A DNA stretch of 64,000 nucleotides. Origin: Candidatus Limnocylindria bacterium. GTDB lineage: Bacteria > Chloroflexota > Limnocylindria > Limnocylindrales > CSP1-4. The translations under genes and the position numbers were made by a program. Positions 9,461-19,065 of the stretch are shown here, one piece after another. The stretch spans positions 10,953 to 74,952 of the forward strand of contig JBKHXL010000039.1 of assembly GCA_046566045.1 (NCBI GenBank), in the 5' to 3' direction. Each line of letters starts with the position of its first letter. The stretch's first letter is position 1. The notes beneath the pieces were generated by a model that did no database searches, was not told the origin of the DNA, and saw nothing but the letters and a program-made list of their open reading frames with translations.

Positions 9461-10950
9461 GCAACCTTCCGACCGGCATCGAGGCCGAGGGGGCTGTCGT
9501 CCTCGACGCCAGCGGCGCGGGCGCGGTCTTCCGCAACCGGTCCTTCCTGCGCCTGTGGCTGTCCCAGGTCCTGACCCAGATCGGCGGCAACATGGTGCTG
9601 TTCGGGCTGACCGTCATCGTCGCCGAGGGCAACTCCAACACGGCCGTCAGCCTGCTCATCCTGTCGTTCCTGGTGCCGGCCGTGCTGTTCTCGGCCCTGG
9701 CCGGCGTGTACGTGGATCGGTTCGACAAGCGCGTGGTCCTGGTCCTGACCAACGTGCTGCGCGGCATCGCCATCATCGGCCTGTACCTGGTCGGGGCGAA
9801 CTTCGTGCTGCTGCTGCTGCTGAACATCTTCGTCTCGTCGGTGACCGTCTTCTTCGCCCCGGCAGAGCTGGCGATGATCCCGCGCGTCGTACCCCGCTCC
9901 CAGCTGCTGATGGCCAACGGCATCTTCACCCTGACCCTCAATGCCGCGTTCGCCCTCGGCTTCGCGCTGCTCGGCCCGCTCGTCATCAACCTGGCCGGGC
10001 CGCAGGCGGTCATCCTGGTGGTGGCCGTCCTGTACTTCGTCGCGGCGGTCTTCTGCTTCACCCTCCCGTCCGCGCCTCCCGCCCCCGATGCGAGCGAGCC
10101 CGTCCACCCGCTCGGCGAGACCCAGCAGGCCGTCGCCTCGACCGTCGACCAGCTGCGCGAGGGTCTGGGCTACATCCGCGATCACCGCACGATCGGCTGG
10201 TCGTTGTCGTACCTCGGCATCACCGCCTCGCTGGTCGGCGTGCTCGGTGTCCTCGGCCCCGACTTCTCGCGCGAGGCCCTCGGGCTGGCGCCCAAGGACC
10301 TGGCCGTGGTCGTGCTGCCGATGGGCGGCGGCATCGTGATGGGCATCCTGCTGCTCAACGCCTACGGCAAGTACCTGCCCCGCCGGCGCGTCATCGAGGG
10401 CGGGACCATCGCCCTCGGCATCCTGGTCACGGCCCTGTCCGTGGCCGGCCCGCTGTCACGCTTCCTGCAATCGGCCGAGGAGGCCACCGGCCTGCTCGAT
10501 CTGTCCGCCCTGACCTCGCTGCTGGCCATCGTCGTCGTCATCGCCTTCGGCGCCGGCGTGTCCTACGGCCTCGTCGCCATCCCGGCCCAGACCCAGCTCC
10601 AGGAGGATCTCCCGGAGGACGTCCGTGGCCGCGTGTTCGGGGTCCTGAACATGCTGGTGTCGACCTCGTCGTTCCTGCCCATCATCATCGTCGGGCCGAT
10701 CTCCGACCTGATCGGGACCACGACGGTGATCTTCATCGTCGGCATGGCGATCCTTGCCGCGGGCATCGCCAGCGTCCTGTTCCGCGAACAGCCGATCGCA
10801 CAGGCCACGGCCGATCCACATGCCGAGGACCCGATCGCGGCGGCGCTCGGGCACGACCGACCGCTGTGGCGTGCCGACGGCGCCCCGTCGAGTCCGCTGC
10901 CGGGGCCCGGTTCGGCGGCTGGTCCGGCCGACCCGGCCGATCGCGACTGA
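9457..10950 (+). CDS. MFS transporter
   Basis: NRSFLRLWLSQ, GVYVDRFDKR, about 12 TM segments, EDVRGRVFG. Confidence 0.9.
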   Translation: MSNLPTGIEAEGAVVLDASGAGAVFRNRSFLRLWLSQVLTQIGGNMVLFGLTVIVAEGNSNTAVSLLILSFLVPAVLFSALAGVYVDRFDKRVVLVLTNVLRGIAIIGLYLVGANFVLLLLLNIFVSSVTVFFAPAELAMIPRVVPRSQLLMANGIFTLTLNAAFALGFALLGPLVINLAGPQAVILVVAVLYFVAAVFCFTLPSAPPAPDASEPVHPLGETQQAVASTVDQLREGLGYIRDHRTIGWSLSYLGITASLVGVLGVLGPDFSREALGLAPKDLAVVVLPMGGGIVMGILLLNAYGKYLPRRRVIEGGTIALGILVTALSVAGPLSRFLQSAEEATGLLDLSALTSLLAIVVVIAFGAGVSYGLVAIPAQTQLQEDLPEDVRGRVFGVLNMLVSTSSFLPIIIVGPISDLIGTTTVIFIVGMAILAAGIASVLFREQPIAQATADPHAEDPIAAALGHDRPLWRADGAPSSPLPGPGSAAGPADPADRD

Positions 10951-10956
10951 CCGACC

Positions 10957-11949
10957 GTGCGGCCGCTGCCCCGTGTCGCGGTGGTGTTCACCGGCGGGAC
11001 GATCAGCATGCGCCTCGATCCGGCGCTCGGCGGCAACGTCCCCGCCCTCGACGGGGCCGCGATCCTGGCCCGCACGCCGGGGCTGGATGCCCTCGCCGAG
11101 GTCGTGCCGATCGATCACGGCCTGATCCCGGCCAGCCACCTGTCGTTCGACGCGGTCCTGGGGATCGGCTGCGTGGTCCGCGACACGCTCGCACGGGACG
11201 ATGTCGCCGGGGTGGTCGTGGTGCAGGGGACGGATACCATCGAGGAGACGAGCTTCGCCTGGGACCTGGTCCTCGACGGCGAGCGACCGGTCGTCGTCAC
11301 GGGCGCCATGCGTGCACCGCACGAGTCCGGCGACGATGGGCCCGCGAACCTGCGCGACGCGGTGACCGTGGCCGCCGCGGCGGACGCGGCCGGGACCGGC
11401 GTCACGGTCGTGCTGGGCGGCACGATCGAGCCGGCCGACGACGTCCAGAAGACCCATACCACCGCCCTCGACGCCTTCCGCAGCCCCAACGGCGGCTCGC
11501 TCGGGCGCGTCGTGGACGGGAGGGCCCTGCTGCACCGCCCCCGGGGGCCGCGCCGGCACGTGGCCGCGGAGCGGGCCGCCGCGAACGTGCATCTCGTGAC
11601 GGCGGGGCTGGACACGGACGGATCGGTCGTGGACGCGCTCCTTGACCACGGTGCGGCCGGTCTCGTCATCGCCGCGACGGGGTCCGGCAACACCCACCCG
11701 GGGCTGCTGGCGGCGGCCACGGCCGCGATGGCGGCGGACATCCCGGTCGTCCTGGCGTCGCGCTGTCCGGCCGGAGCGGTGGGCGCGGCCTACGCCTTCC
11801 CCGGCGGCGGCGCCACGTGGCTCCGCGCGGGCGCCATCCCGGCCGGCCATCTGTGCGCGATCAAGGCCCGGGTCGCGCTCGCCCTGGGTCTCGGCGCCGG
11901 CCTCTCGCGGGACGCGCTCGCGACGTTGCTGGCCGACCCGCTACCCTGA
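10957..11949 (+). CDS. L-asparaginase family protein
   Basis: FTGGTISM and QGTDTIEET catalytic motifs; KTHT, GSGN. Confidence 0.9.
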   Translation: MRPLPRVAVVFTGGTISMRLDPALGGNVPALDGAAILARTPGLDALAEVVPIDHGLIPASHLSFDAVLGIGCVVRDTLARDDVAGVVVVQGTDTIEETSFAWDLVLDGERPVVVTGAMRAPHESGDDGPANLRDAVTVAAAADAAGTGVTVVLGGTIEPADDVQKTHTTALDAFRSPNGGSLGRVVDGRALLHRPRGPRRHVAAERAAANVHLVTAGLDTDGSVVDALLDHGAAGLVIAATGSGNTHPGLLAAATAAMAADIPVVLASRCPAGAVGAAYAFPGGGATWLRAGAIPAGHLCAIKARVALALGLGAGLSRDALATLLADPLP

Positions 11950-11956
11950 GCGGCGC

Positions 11957-13600
11957 ATGCCCCTCGACGCGCTCATCACCGGCCGCATCGCCACGCTCGC
12001 GGGCAGCCACGGCTTCGGCTGGGTCGAGGCGCTCGGCATCCGCGACGGCCGGGTCGCCTTCGCCGGCTCCGAGGTGGAGCTCGAGACGCGGGCCGACCCG
12101 TTCACGCGGCGTCTCCCTCTCGAGCCCGACCAGGTCGCGATCCCGGGGCTGACCGACGCGCACCTGCACCTCGCCCAGGCGGCCATCTCGCGCCGCCACA
12201 TCGACCTGACCGACGCTGCCACGCTGTCCGTCGGCCTGGAGCGGGTCCGCGCCGCCCATGTCGGCGCGGCGGATCCGGCCGCATGGCTGGAGGGCCACGG
12301 CTGGGACGCCGACCGGTGGGGCGGGTGGCCGACCGCCGACGACCTCGAGCGGGTCGCTCCGGGTCGGCGCGTCGCCCTGTGGGCCCACGACCACCACGCC
12401 CTGTGGGCCAGCCGCGCGGCGCTCGCCCTGGCCGGCTTCGGCGCCGACGACCCGCCGGGTGGCGTCGTCCGGCGCGATGAGCAGGGCATCCCGGAGGGAG
12501 TCGTCCACGAGGCGGCCAGCCGGCTGATCACCATCCACGTCCCGGCGCCCGGTCCCGAGACGCTGGCGGCGGCGCTGGTGGCCACGGCCCGCGACCTGCT
12601 CGCCCTCGGCGTCGTCGCCTGCCACGACCCGGGCGGGGTCGCCCCGGACCCGGACCTGGCCTATGACGTCCCGGCGTATGCGCAGCTGGCCGACCGCGGC
12701 GATCTGCCGGTGCGCGTCCACGTGTGCATCCGTGACGACGCCCTCGAGGCGGCCATCGCCGCGGGCCTGCGGAGCGGTGCGCGACTGGGCGCGGACCCCG
12801 ATGGCCGCGCCGTCGTGGGCTGGCAGAAGTGCTTCGCCGACGGTTCACTCGGGTCGCGGACCGCCGCCTTGCTCGAGGACATCGAGCCCGAGCCCGGGTA
12901 CCCGCTGCCGCCGTCGCTGCGTCGCGGCGTCTGGATGACCGAGCGCGACGGCCTCGCCGCGCGGGTCGCCCGCGCCACCGAGGGCGGCATCACCACCATG
13001 ATCCACGCCATCGGCGATGCGGCGGTGCGGGTCGCCCTCGACGTCCTCGCCGCGGGGGCACCTGACCAGCCCCTGATGCCGCGCATCGAGCACGTCCAGA
13101 TGCTCCACCCGGACGACCGTCCTCGGTTCGCGCGCGACGGCATCGCGGCGAGCGTCCAGCCGGTGCACCTGGGCTCGGACGCGATCGTGGCCCGTCGACT
13201 GTGGGGCGCCCGGGCCGAGGCCGAGGCCTACACCTGGAGGGCGATCGCCGACACCGGAGCGGTCATGCCGTTCGGGACCGACGCCCCGGTCGAATCGTTC
13301 GATCCATGGCCGGGCCTCGCGCTGGCCGTGCGACGCGAGGATGCCCGCTGGCCAGCCGGCACCCCGCCGTTCGCGCCGGAGCAGGCGCTCACGCTCGAGC
13401 GGGCGCTGCGCGCGGCGTGCCTCGACCCGGCGCAGTCGGCGCGCGAGGACGATCGCGGCCGGCTCACCGTCGGCCAGCGGGCCGACCTCGTCGTCATCGA
13501 CGCGGTGGCGCTGGACGAGCCGGTCGAACCGGGCGGCGCGCTGGCCACGACGCGACCGCGGCTGGTCGTGATGAACGGGGAGGTCGTCTACGAACGCTGA
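11957..13600 (+). CDS. Amidohydrolase family 3 (YtcJ-like)
   Basis: PGLTDAHLH, KCFADGSLGSRTA, HAIGD, RIEHVQ, FGTDAPV, G.LTVGQRADLVV. Confidence 0.9.
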   Translation: MPLDALITGRIATLAGSHGFGWVEALGIRDGRVAFAGSEVELETRADPFTRRLPLEPDQVAIPGLTDAHLHLAQAAISRRHIDLTDAATLSVGLERVRAAHVGAADPAAWLEGHGWDADRWGGWPTADDLERVAPGRRVALWAHDHHALWASRAALALAGFGADDPPGGVVRRDEQGIPEGVVHEAASRLITIHVPAPGPETLAAALVATARDLLALGVVACHDPGGVAPDPDLAYDVPAYAQLADRGDLPVRVHVCIRDDALEAAIAAGLRSGARLGADPDGRAVVGWQKCFADGSLGSRTAALLEDIEPEPGYPLPPSLRRGVWMTERDGLAARVARATEGGITTMIHAIGDAAVRVALDVLAAGAPDQPLMPRIEHVQMLHPDDRPRFARDGIAASVQPVHLGSDAIVARRLWGARAEAEAYTWRAIADTGAVMPFGTDAPVESFDPWPGLALAVRREDARWPAGTPPFAPEQALTLERALRAACLDPAQSAREDDRGRLTVGQRADLVVIDAVALDEPVEPGGALATTRPRLVVMNGEVVYER

Positions 13601-14409
13601 TCGCGCTGGCGGCGAGCCTCGTACAACAGGATGGCCGCGCTGACCGAGACGTTGAGGCTGTCCGCGACGCCGCGCATCGGGATCCGGATCGGCTCCACGT
13701 CGGGTGCCAGCCAGGTCTCGCCGAGACCCTCGGCCTCGCTGCCCAGGACGAGCGCGAGCGGGCCGGTCAGGTCCGCGTCGGTGTACGTGCGAGCCCCGTC
13801 AACGCGGGCGGCCACGACCCGGATCCGCCGAGCGCGCAGCCAGTCGAGGACCGCGCCCGGCTCGGCGGCCGCGGTCGGCATGCTGAAGACCGTCCCGGCG
13901 CTGGCCCGGATGACGTTCGGGTTGGCCATGTCGGTCCCGGCTGCGGCCGCGATGACCGCGTCGGCGCCGGCCCCGTCGGCGCTGCGCAGCACGGCGCCCA
14001 CGTTGCCCGGCTTCTCGACGTCCTCGATGACCACGATGAGCGGCTCGGAGCCGAGCGCCACGGCGTCGAGGTCCTGGGGCCGGGACCGGATGACCGCCAC
14101 GAGGCCCTCGTTGCGGTCCCCGAACGCGAGCCGCGCCAGCGCCGCATCGCTGACGCCGACGACGTCCGTGCCGCGCGCGCGCAGGCCTTCGAGCGCCGCC
14201 AGGGCGTCCGGACCGGCCAGGCGCGGCTCGCATACGAACGCCTCGACGACCTCCACCCCGGCGTCCAGGGCACGGCGCAGTTCGCGGGCGCCGTCGACGA
14301 CCGTGGTGCCGGTCCGGACCCGCGCCGCGCGGTCGCGCAGCGCGGCCGCCGCCTTGATGCGGGGATTGCCCGGGCTGGCGATGTCCGGCCGCCAGCCCTG
14401 ATCCGTCAC
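13588..14409 (-). CDS. TrmH/SpoU family RNA methyltransferase
   Basis: EKPGNVGAVLRSA, LGSEAEGL, IPMRGVADSLNVS SPOUT motifs. Confidence 0.92.
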   Translation of the reverse strand: MTDQGWRPDIASPGNPRIKAAAALRDRAARVRTGTTVVDGARELRRALDAGVEVVEAFVCEPRLAGPDALAALEGLRARGTDVVGVSDAALARLAFGDRNEGLVAVIRSRPQDLDAVALGSEPLIVVIEDVEKPGNVGAVLRSADGAGADAVIAAAAGTDMANPNVIRASAGTVFSMPTAAAEPGAVLDWLRARRIRVVAARVDGARTYTDADLTGPLALVLGSEAEGLGETWLAPDVEPIRIPMRGVADSLNVSVSAAILLYEARRQRDQRS

Positions 14410-15254
14410 GATCGGCCATCCCAGGTGGCCGCTGCCCCCAGGCCGAGGACGGCCCCGCTGCGCGCGACCAGCTCGACGTCGGATCCCCGGGTCACGCCGT
14501 GGCGCCCGATCCGGTCGTCGAGGACGTCCTCGAGGTCGGTCGCCGTGATGCCCTCCGTGTGGGCGGACAGCAGGGCGAAGCCATCATCGGCGATGAGCGT
14601 CGCGCACACGTCGAGCAGGGATGGGAGGTCGCGTTCGATCGACCAGGTCCCGGACGCGCCACGGCCCCCGTGGCCGTATGTCGGAGGATCGAGGACGATC
14701 CCGTCGTACCGTCGTCCGCGGCGCCGCTCGCGCTCGGCGAAGCCCAGGGCGTCGTCCACGATCCAGCGGATCGGCCGATCGGCGAGGCCGTTCCGTTCGG
14801 CGTTGCGCCGCGCCCACGCGACCGTCGGCCGGGCGGCGTCCACGTGGGTGACCGTTGCGCCGGCGGCGGCCAGCGCGAGGGTGCCGAGGCCGGTCGCGGC
14901 GAACAGGTGCAGGATGGTGACCGGCCGGTCCGGCACCCCGCGGTCGGCGAGGCGTCCCAGCAGCCAGGGGAGGTGGTCGGCGTGTTCCGGGTAGACCCCC
15001 ACCTGGCCCGCCGCGGTCGGTCGCAACTCGAGTTCGAGACCAGCCAGCTGGACCGTCCAGCCGGCGTCCGCGCGGGTCAGGCCCGGCCCGGACCAGCCGG
15101 TCGTCCGATCGAACCGAAGGTCGGCGTCCGTCCACGCCTCCGGCGCTCGGCGCGCGCTCAGCGCACCCGGCGCCGGACGGTCGGCCACGACGTCGCCGAA
15201 GCGCTCGAGGCGTGCGCCGTCCCCCACGTCGAGCAGGTCGTAGTCGGTGTCCAT
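14406..15254 (-). CDS. Class I SAM-dependent methyltransferase (RlmI/YwbD-like)
   Basis: YDLLDVGDGARLERFG, GVYPEH, LHLFAATG, YDGIVLDPPTYG. Start uncertain (15254/15263/15266). Confidence 0.82.
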   Translation of the reverse strand: MDTDYDLLDVGDGARLERFGDVVADRPAPGALSARRAPEAWTDADLRFDRTTGWSGPGLTRADAGWTVQLAGLELELRPTAAGQVGVYPEHADHLPWLLGRLADRGVPDRPVTILHLFAATGLGTLALAAAGATVTHVDAARPTVAWARRNAERNGLADRPIRWIVDDALGFAERERRRGRRYDGIVLDPPTYGHGGRGASGTWSIERDLPSLLDVCATLIADDGFALLSAHTEGITATDLEDVLDDRIGRHGVTRGSDVELVARSGAVLGLGAAATWDGRS

Positions 15255-15432
15255 CGGCTCCATCATCGCCGAACCAGGGCGGGGGAGCCTCGTTGTCGGT
15301 CGTCGGCGCCCTCTGGTAGGATGCGCGGGCCGCTGGCGACGAGGTCGTTGAGGCTGGATGACTGTCACGGGACGTGGAACACCCCGCGAGCCAACGGTCA
15401 TCGGGTCACGACGATCGAGGGACCGGCGACCC

Positions 15433-15509
15433 GGGCGGCTAGCTCAGCTGGTTAGAGCACTTGCTTGACATGCAAGAGGTCACTGGTTCGAGTCCAGTGT
15501 CGCCCACCA
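15433..15509 (+). tRNA. tRNA-Val(GAC)
   Basis: Acceptor GGGCGGC/GTCGCCC, D-arm TAGCTCAGCTGGTTAGAGC, anticodon stem CTTGC/GCAAG with loop TTGACAT, GGTTCGAGTCC, encoded CCA. Confidence 0.97.
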
Positions 15510-15514
15510 CACAC

Positions 15515-15745
15515 CGCGTCGAGCGGGACACGCCGATCCGTCCCCGCGATCCAAGAGAGCCAGGGCCGTGGCTGGAAGCCCAGGCGATCGTCCGGACCGG
15601 CACCACCCGTGAGTGATCGGCGAACCGATCCGGGCGTCGCCCGTTAGCGCGACCACGAGGGCGCCGGCGCGGCAGCGTGACGGCGAACGCAGGTGGGACC
15701 GCGGGAGCAGACCTCTCGTCCTGACGACGGACGGGGGGTCTCGTG
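15515..15745 (+). promoter_or_regulatory. T-box riboswitch (Thr specifier) controlling thrS
   Basis: AGAGA bulge and GGCTGGAA distal loop, specifier ACC at 15602-15604, T-box motif AGGTGGGACCGCG (15691-15703), downstream hairpin 15709-15741. Confidence 0.88.
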
Positions 15746-15766
15746 ATTCCAGTGGAGGACGACGGC

Positions 15767-17605
15767 ATGGCAGACGACGAGGGGATCGAGCTCGAGGAGC
15801 TCCTGCCCGAGGTCGCCGAGCGCGGTTCGGCGAGCGAACTCATGGACCACGGCGCGGCCGGCGACGCGCTCGGGCCGATGCGCCACAGCGCGGCGCACGT
15901 GCTGGCCGAGGCCGTCCTCGACCTGTTCCCGGGCACGCAGCTCGGCATCGGTCCGGTCATCGCCGACGGGTTCTACTACGACTTCCTGCTGCCGCGGCCG
16001 CTGACCCCGGACGACCTGCCGGCCATCGAGGCGCGCATGCGCGAGTCGATCGCCGCCGACCACCCGTTCGAGGTCTCGGAGGAGACCCCCGAGGCGGCCC
16101 GCGCCGCGCTGGTCGAGCGCGGCCAGCCGTTCAAGGTCGAGATCGTGGACGACCTGGCCGCGGCGGCCGAGCGCGACGGGACGCCCATGCCGCCGACCAC
16201 CTTCTACCGGCAGGGCCCGTTCATCGACCTGTGCCGCGGGCCGCACGTGGCGAGCACGGGTCGGATCGGCCCATTCGCGCTGCTCGGGACCGCCGGGGCG
16301 TACTGGCGCGGGGATGAGACCCGTCCCATGCTCCAGCGCGTGTACGGCACCGCCTGGACGACCCAGGAGGAGCTCGACGCCTACCTGTGGCGGCGCGCGG
16401 AGGCCAGGAAACGCGATCACCGCCGGCTCGGCGTGGAGCTCGACCTGTTCTCGTTCCACGACGTGTCGCCCGGGTCGGCCTTCTGGCACCCCAAGGGCCA
16501 GCGCATCTGGCGCACGCTGGAGACCGCCATGCGCGAGCTCCAGGAGCGACGCGGCTACGAGGAGGTCAGCACGCCGATCCTCGTCAGCGAGCGCCTGTGG
16601 CGCCAGTCCGGGCACTGGGACCACTACGCCGACAACATGTTCGTGGTCGAGTCCGAGAAGCAGCTGTTCAGCCTCAAGCCGATGAACTGCCCGGAGTCGA
16701 CGTTCATCTACCGCAGTCACCTTCGCTCGTATCGCGACCTGCCGCTGCGCTTCAGCGAGTTCGGGCGGCTCCACCGCAACGAGCGGTCCGGCTCGCTCAG
16801 CGGCCTGACCCGCGTGCGTCAATTCATCCAGGACGACGCGCACGTCTACGTCCGGCCCGACCAGCTCAGCGGTGAGCTGGAGGCCCTGCTCGGCGAGGTC
16901 ACCGAGGCGTACGGCTGGTTCGGTCTGACGCCGCGCTACGCCTTCGCGACCCGGCCGGACAAGGCGATCGGCGACCCGGCGCTGTGGGACCGGGCCGAGG
17001 GCATCATCCGGGACACCCTCGACCGGACCGGGGCGCCGTACGTCACCAAGCCCAGGGACGGCACGTTCTACGCGCCGAAGATCGACATCTACATCGACGA
17101 TGCGCTCGGCCGCGAGTGGCAGATGGCCACCATCCAGGTGGACCTGACGATGCTGCCCGAGCGGTTCGACCTGACCTACATCGACGAGGCCGGACAGCCC
17201 CAGCGCCCGATGGCCATCCATCGGGCCATCTACGGCTCGCTGGAGCGCTTCATCGGCATCCTCGTCGAGCACTTCGCTGGGGCCTTCCCGCTGTGGATCG
17301 CGCCGGTCCAGGCCGTCGTCATCCCGATCGCCGATCGGCACCTCGAGGCGGCCGGGGAGCTCGCCGTCCTCCTCCGCTCGCGGGGCCTGCGCGTCGAGGT
17401 GGACGGCTCGTCGAACTGGATGCAGTACAAGATCCGGGCCGCCCAGGGCCAGAAGGTGCCCTACATGGTCGTCCTCGGCGACCGCGAGATCGAGGCCCGG
17501 ACCGCATCGCCCCGGACTCGCAACGGTGAACAGCAGGAGCCGCAGGACTGGGAGGCGTTCGCCGACCGGCTGGCCGCCGAGAGCGCCGCACGGGGTGTCG
17601 CCTGA
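15767..17605 (+). CDS. thrS: Threonine--tRNA ligase
   Basis: RHSAAH, DLCRGPHV, RDHRRLG, LKPMNCP, HRAIYGSLERF; GGAGGA RBS before ATG 15767. Confidence 0.97.
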   Translation: MADDEGIELEELLPEVAERGSASELMDHGAAGDALGPMRHSAAHVLAEAVLDLFPGTQLGIGPVIADGFYYDFLLPRPLTPDDLPAIEARMRESIAADHPFEVSEETPEAARAALVERGQPFKVEIVDDLAAAAERDGTPMPPTTFYRQGPFIDLCRGPHVASTGRIGPFALLGTAGAYWRGDETRPMLQRVYGTAWTTQEELDAYLWRRAEARKRDHRRLGVELDLFSFHDVSPGSAFWHPKGQRIWRTLETAMRELQERRGYEEVSTPILVSERLWRQSGHWDHYADNMFVVESEKQLFSLKPMNCPESTFIYRSHLRSYRDLPLRFSEFGRLHRNERSGSLSGLTRVRQFIQDDAHVYVRPDQLSGELEALLGEVTEAYGWFGLTPRYAFATRPDKAIGDPALWDRAEGIIRDTLDRTGAPYVTKPRDGTFYAPKIDIYIDDALGREWQMATIQVDLTMLPERFDLTYIDEAGQPQRPMAIHRAIYGSLERFIGILVEHFAGAFPLWIAPVQAVVIPIADRHLEAAGELAVLLRSRGLRVEVDGSSNWMQYKIRAAQGQKVPYMVVLGDREIEARTASPRTRNGEQQEPQDWEAFADRLAAESAARGVA

Positions 17606-17722
17606 GACCGGTCCGCGGCGGCGACTGACTCGGGCGGTGTGCTATCCTGCCCGCTCGGCCGAGCGTGGTCGCATGTCCGCGCGCCGGTCGGTCCCGACCG
17701 TCCGTAGTCCAAGGGGTGAACC

Positions 17723-18394
17723 ATCAGCCGAGACCTGCGCGTCAACCAGATGATCCGGATCCCTCAGGTCCGGGTGGTCGATGAAGAGGGTGCACAGCTG
17801 GGCGTGATGCCGACGCCACGCGCTCTCGAGATGGCACAGGAGCGGGGCTATGACCTCGTCGAGGTAGCGCCGCTGGCGTCGCCGCCGGTGGTCAAGTTCC
17901 TGGACTTCGGGCAGTACAAGTACGAACTCACCAAGCGCGAGAAGGAAGCCAAGCGCAAGCAGCGTTCGGTCACCTTCAAGGAGGTCCGCCTCACCCCGAA
18001 GATCGGGGTCGGCGACTTCGACACCAAGGTCAATCGAGCGATCGAGTTCCTGGAGGATGGTGACCGGATCAAGGTCACGGTCCGCTTCCGTGGTCGAGAG
18101 CTCACGCACCCGGAGATCGGACGGGGTCTGATCGCCCGGTTCATCGATCGAGTCAAGGACCACGGGGTCGCGGAACGGACGCCGTTGCTGGAAGGCAAGT
18201 CGATGCACATCACGATGGCATCGCTCCACAAGCCCAAGAGCCACGACGCCCCGGATCGCAAGCACGCGGTGGACGCCGTCCCGGCCGACGCCGTGACGGA
18301 GACCCCGCAGGAGCCCGAGGAACGCACCGCCATCACGACGGAACCGGCAGCCGCGCCCGCGGCGATCCCGGCGCCGGCGTCGCAAGGAGAGTAG
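17723..18394 (+). CDS. infC: Translation initiation factor IF-3 (ATC start)
   Basis: ISRDLRVNQMIR...DLVEVAP...KVTVRFRGRE. RBS AAGGGG and an in-frame TGA at 17717 just before ATC. Confidence 0.95.
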   Translation: MSRDLRVNQMIRIPQVRVVDEEGAQLGVMPTPRALEMAQERGYDLVEVAPLASPPVVKFLDFGQYKYELTKREKEAKRKQRSVTFKEVRLTPKIGVGDFDTKVNRAIEFLEDGDRIKVTVRFRGRELTHPEIGRGLIARFIDRVKDHGVAERTPLLEGKSMHITMASLHKPKSHDAPDRKHAVDAVPADAVTETPQEPEERTAITTEPAAAPAAIPAPASQGE

Positions 18395-18400
18395 GCCACC

Positions 18401-18598
18401 GTGCCCAAGATCAAGAGCCACAAGGCGGCCCAGAAGCGCATCGGCGTGACGGGCTCCGGGAAGTTCATCCGGGTCAACGCCTGGCGTGGCCACCACCTCG
18501 AGATCAAGTCCTCCCGCCGGACCCGCCGGTACGCCGGCAAGTCCGTGATCGGGCCCGAGCACGCCCGGCAGGTCCGGCGCCTGCTGCCGTACCTCTAG
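18401..18598 (+). CDS. rpmI: 50S ribosomal protein L35
   Basis: MPKIKSHKAAQKR...RLLPY; between infC and rplT. Confidence 0.95.
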   Translation: MPKIKSHKAAQKRIGVTGSGKFIRVNAWRGHHLEIKSSRRTRRYAGKSVIGPEHARQVRRLLPYL

Positions 18599-18611
18599 GA
18601 GCCGACCGACC

Positions 18612-18962
18612 ATGGCACGAGTCAAGCGTGGCGTCACCGCCCACAAGCGCCACAAGCGCCTCCTGAACGCGGCCGAGGGCCGCAAGGGGGCCAAGTCGCG
18701 ACTGATCAAGCCGGCCCGTGAGGCGCTGCTCCACGCGCTGGCGTACGCGACCCGGGACCGCAAGCAGCGCAAGCGCCAGATGCGCCAGCTGTGGGTCATC
18801 CGGATCAACGCCGCCGCCCGCCAGCACGACCTGACCTACGGGCAGTTCATCAGCGGCCTCAAGCGCGCCGACGTCCAGCTCGACCGCAAGATCCTGGCCG
18901 ACCTCGCCATCCGCGATGCCGGCACCTTCGGTCGGATCGCCGAGCTCGCCAAGGGCGCCTGA
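18612..18962 (+). CDS. rplT: 50S ribosomal protein L20
   Basis: MARVKRGV, RDRKQRKR, LWVIRINAAAR, LDRKILADLA. Confidence 0.97.
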   Translation: MARVKRGVTAHKRHKRLLNAAEGRKGAKSRLIKPAREALLHALAYATRDRKQRKRQMRQLWVIRINAAARQHDLTYGQFISGLKRADVQLDRKILADLAIRDAGTFGRIAELAKGA

Positions 18963-18996
18963 CCAGGCCGCCGCCGGCTCGCACGGACCGTCGATC

Positions 18997-19031
18997 GGAC
19001 CCTCGACCCGCCCAACGACGGTCGAGGGTTC
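18997..19031 (+). terminator. Hairpin between rplT and pheS (probable terminator/attenuator)
   Basis: ACCCTCGACC (18999-19008)/GGTCGAGGGT (19020-19029), perfect 10-bp stem with a weak U tail. Confidence 0.5.
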
Positions 19032-19065
19032 GTGATTCACCGGCCACCGCCGTCCAAGGAGGACC

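Noticed and set aside
15433-15509. tRNA as an integration site of a genomic island
   Set aside because: No integrase, no duplicated tRNA 3' end noticed, and the flanks are housekeeping genes.
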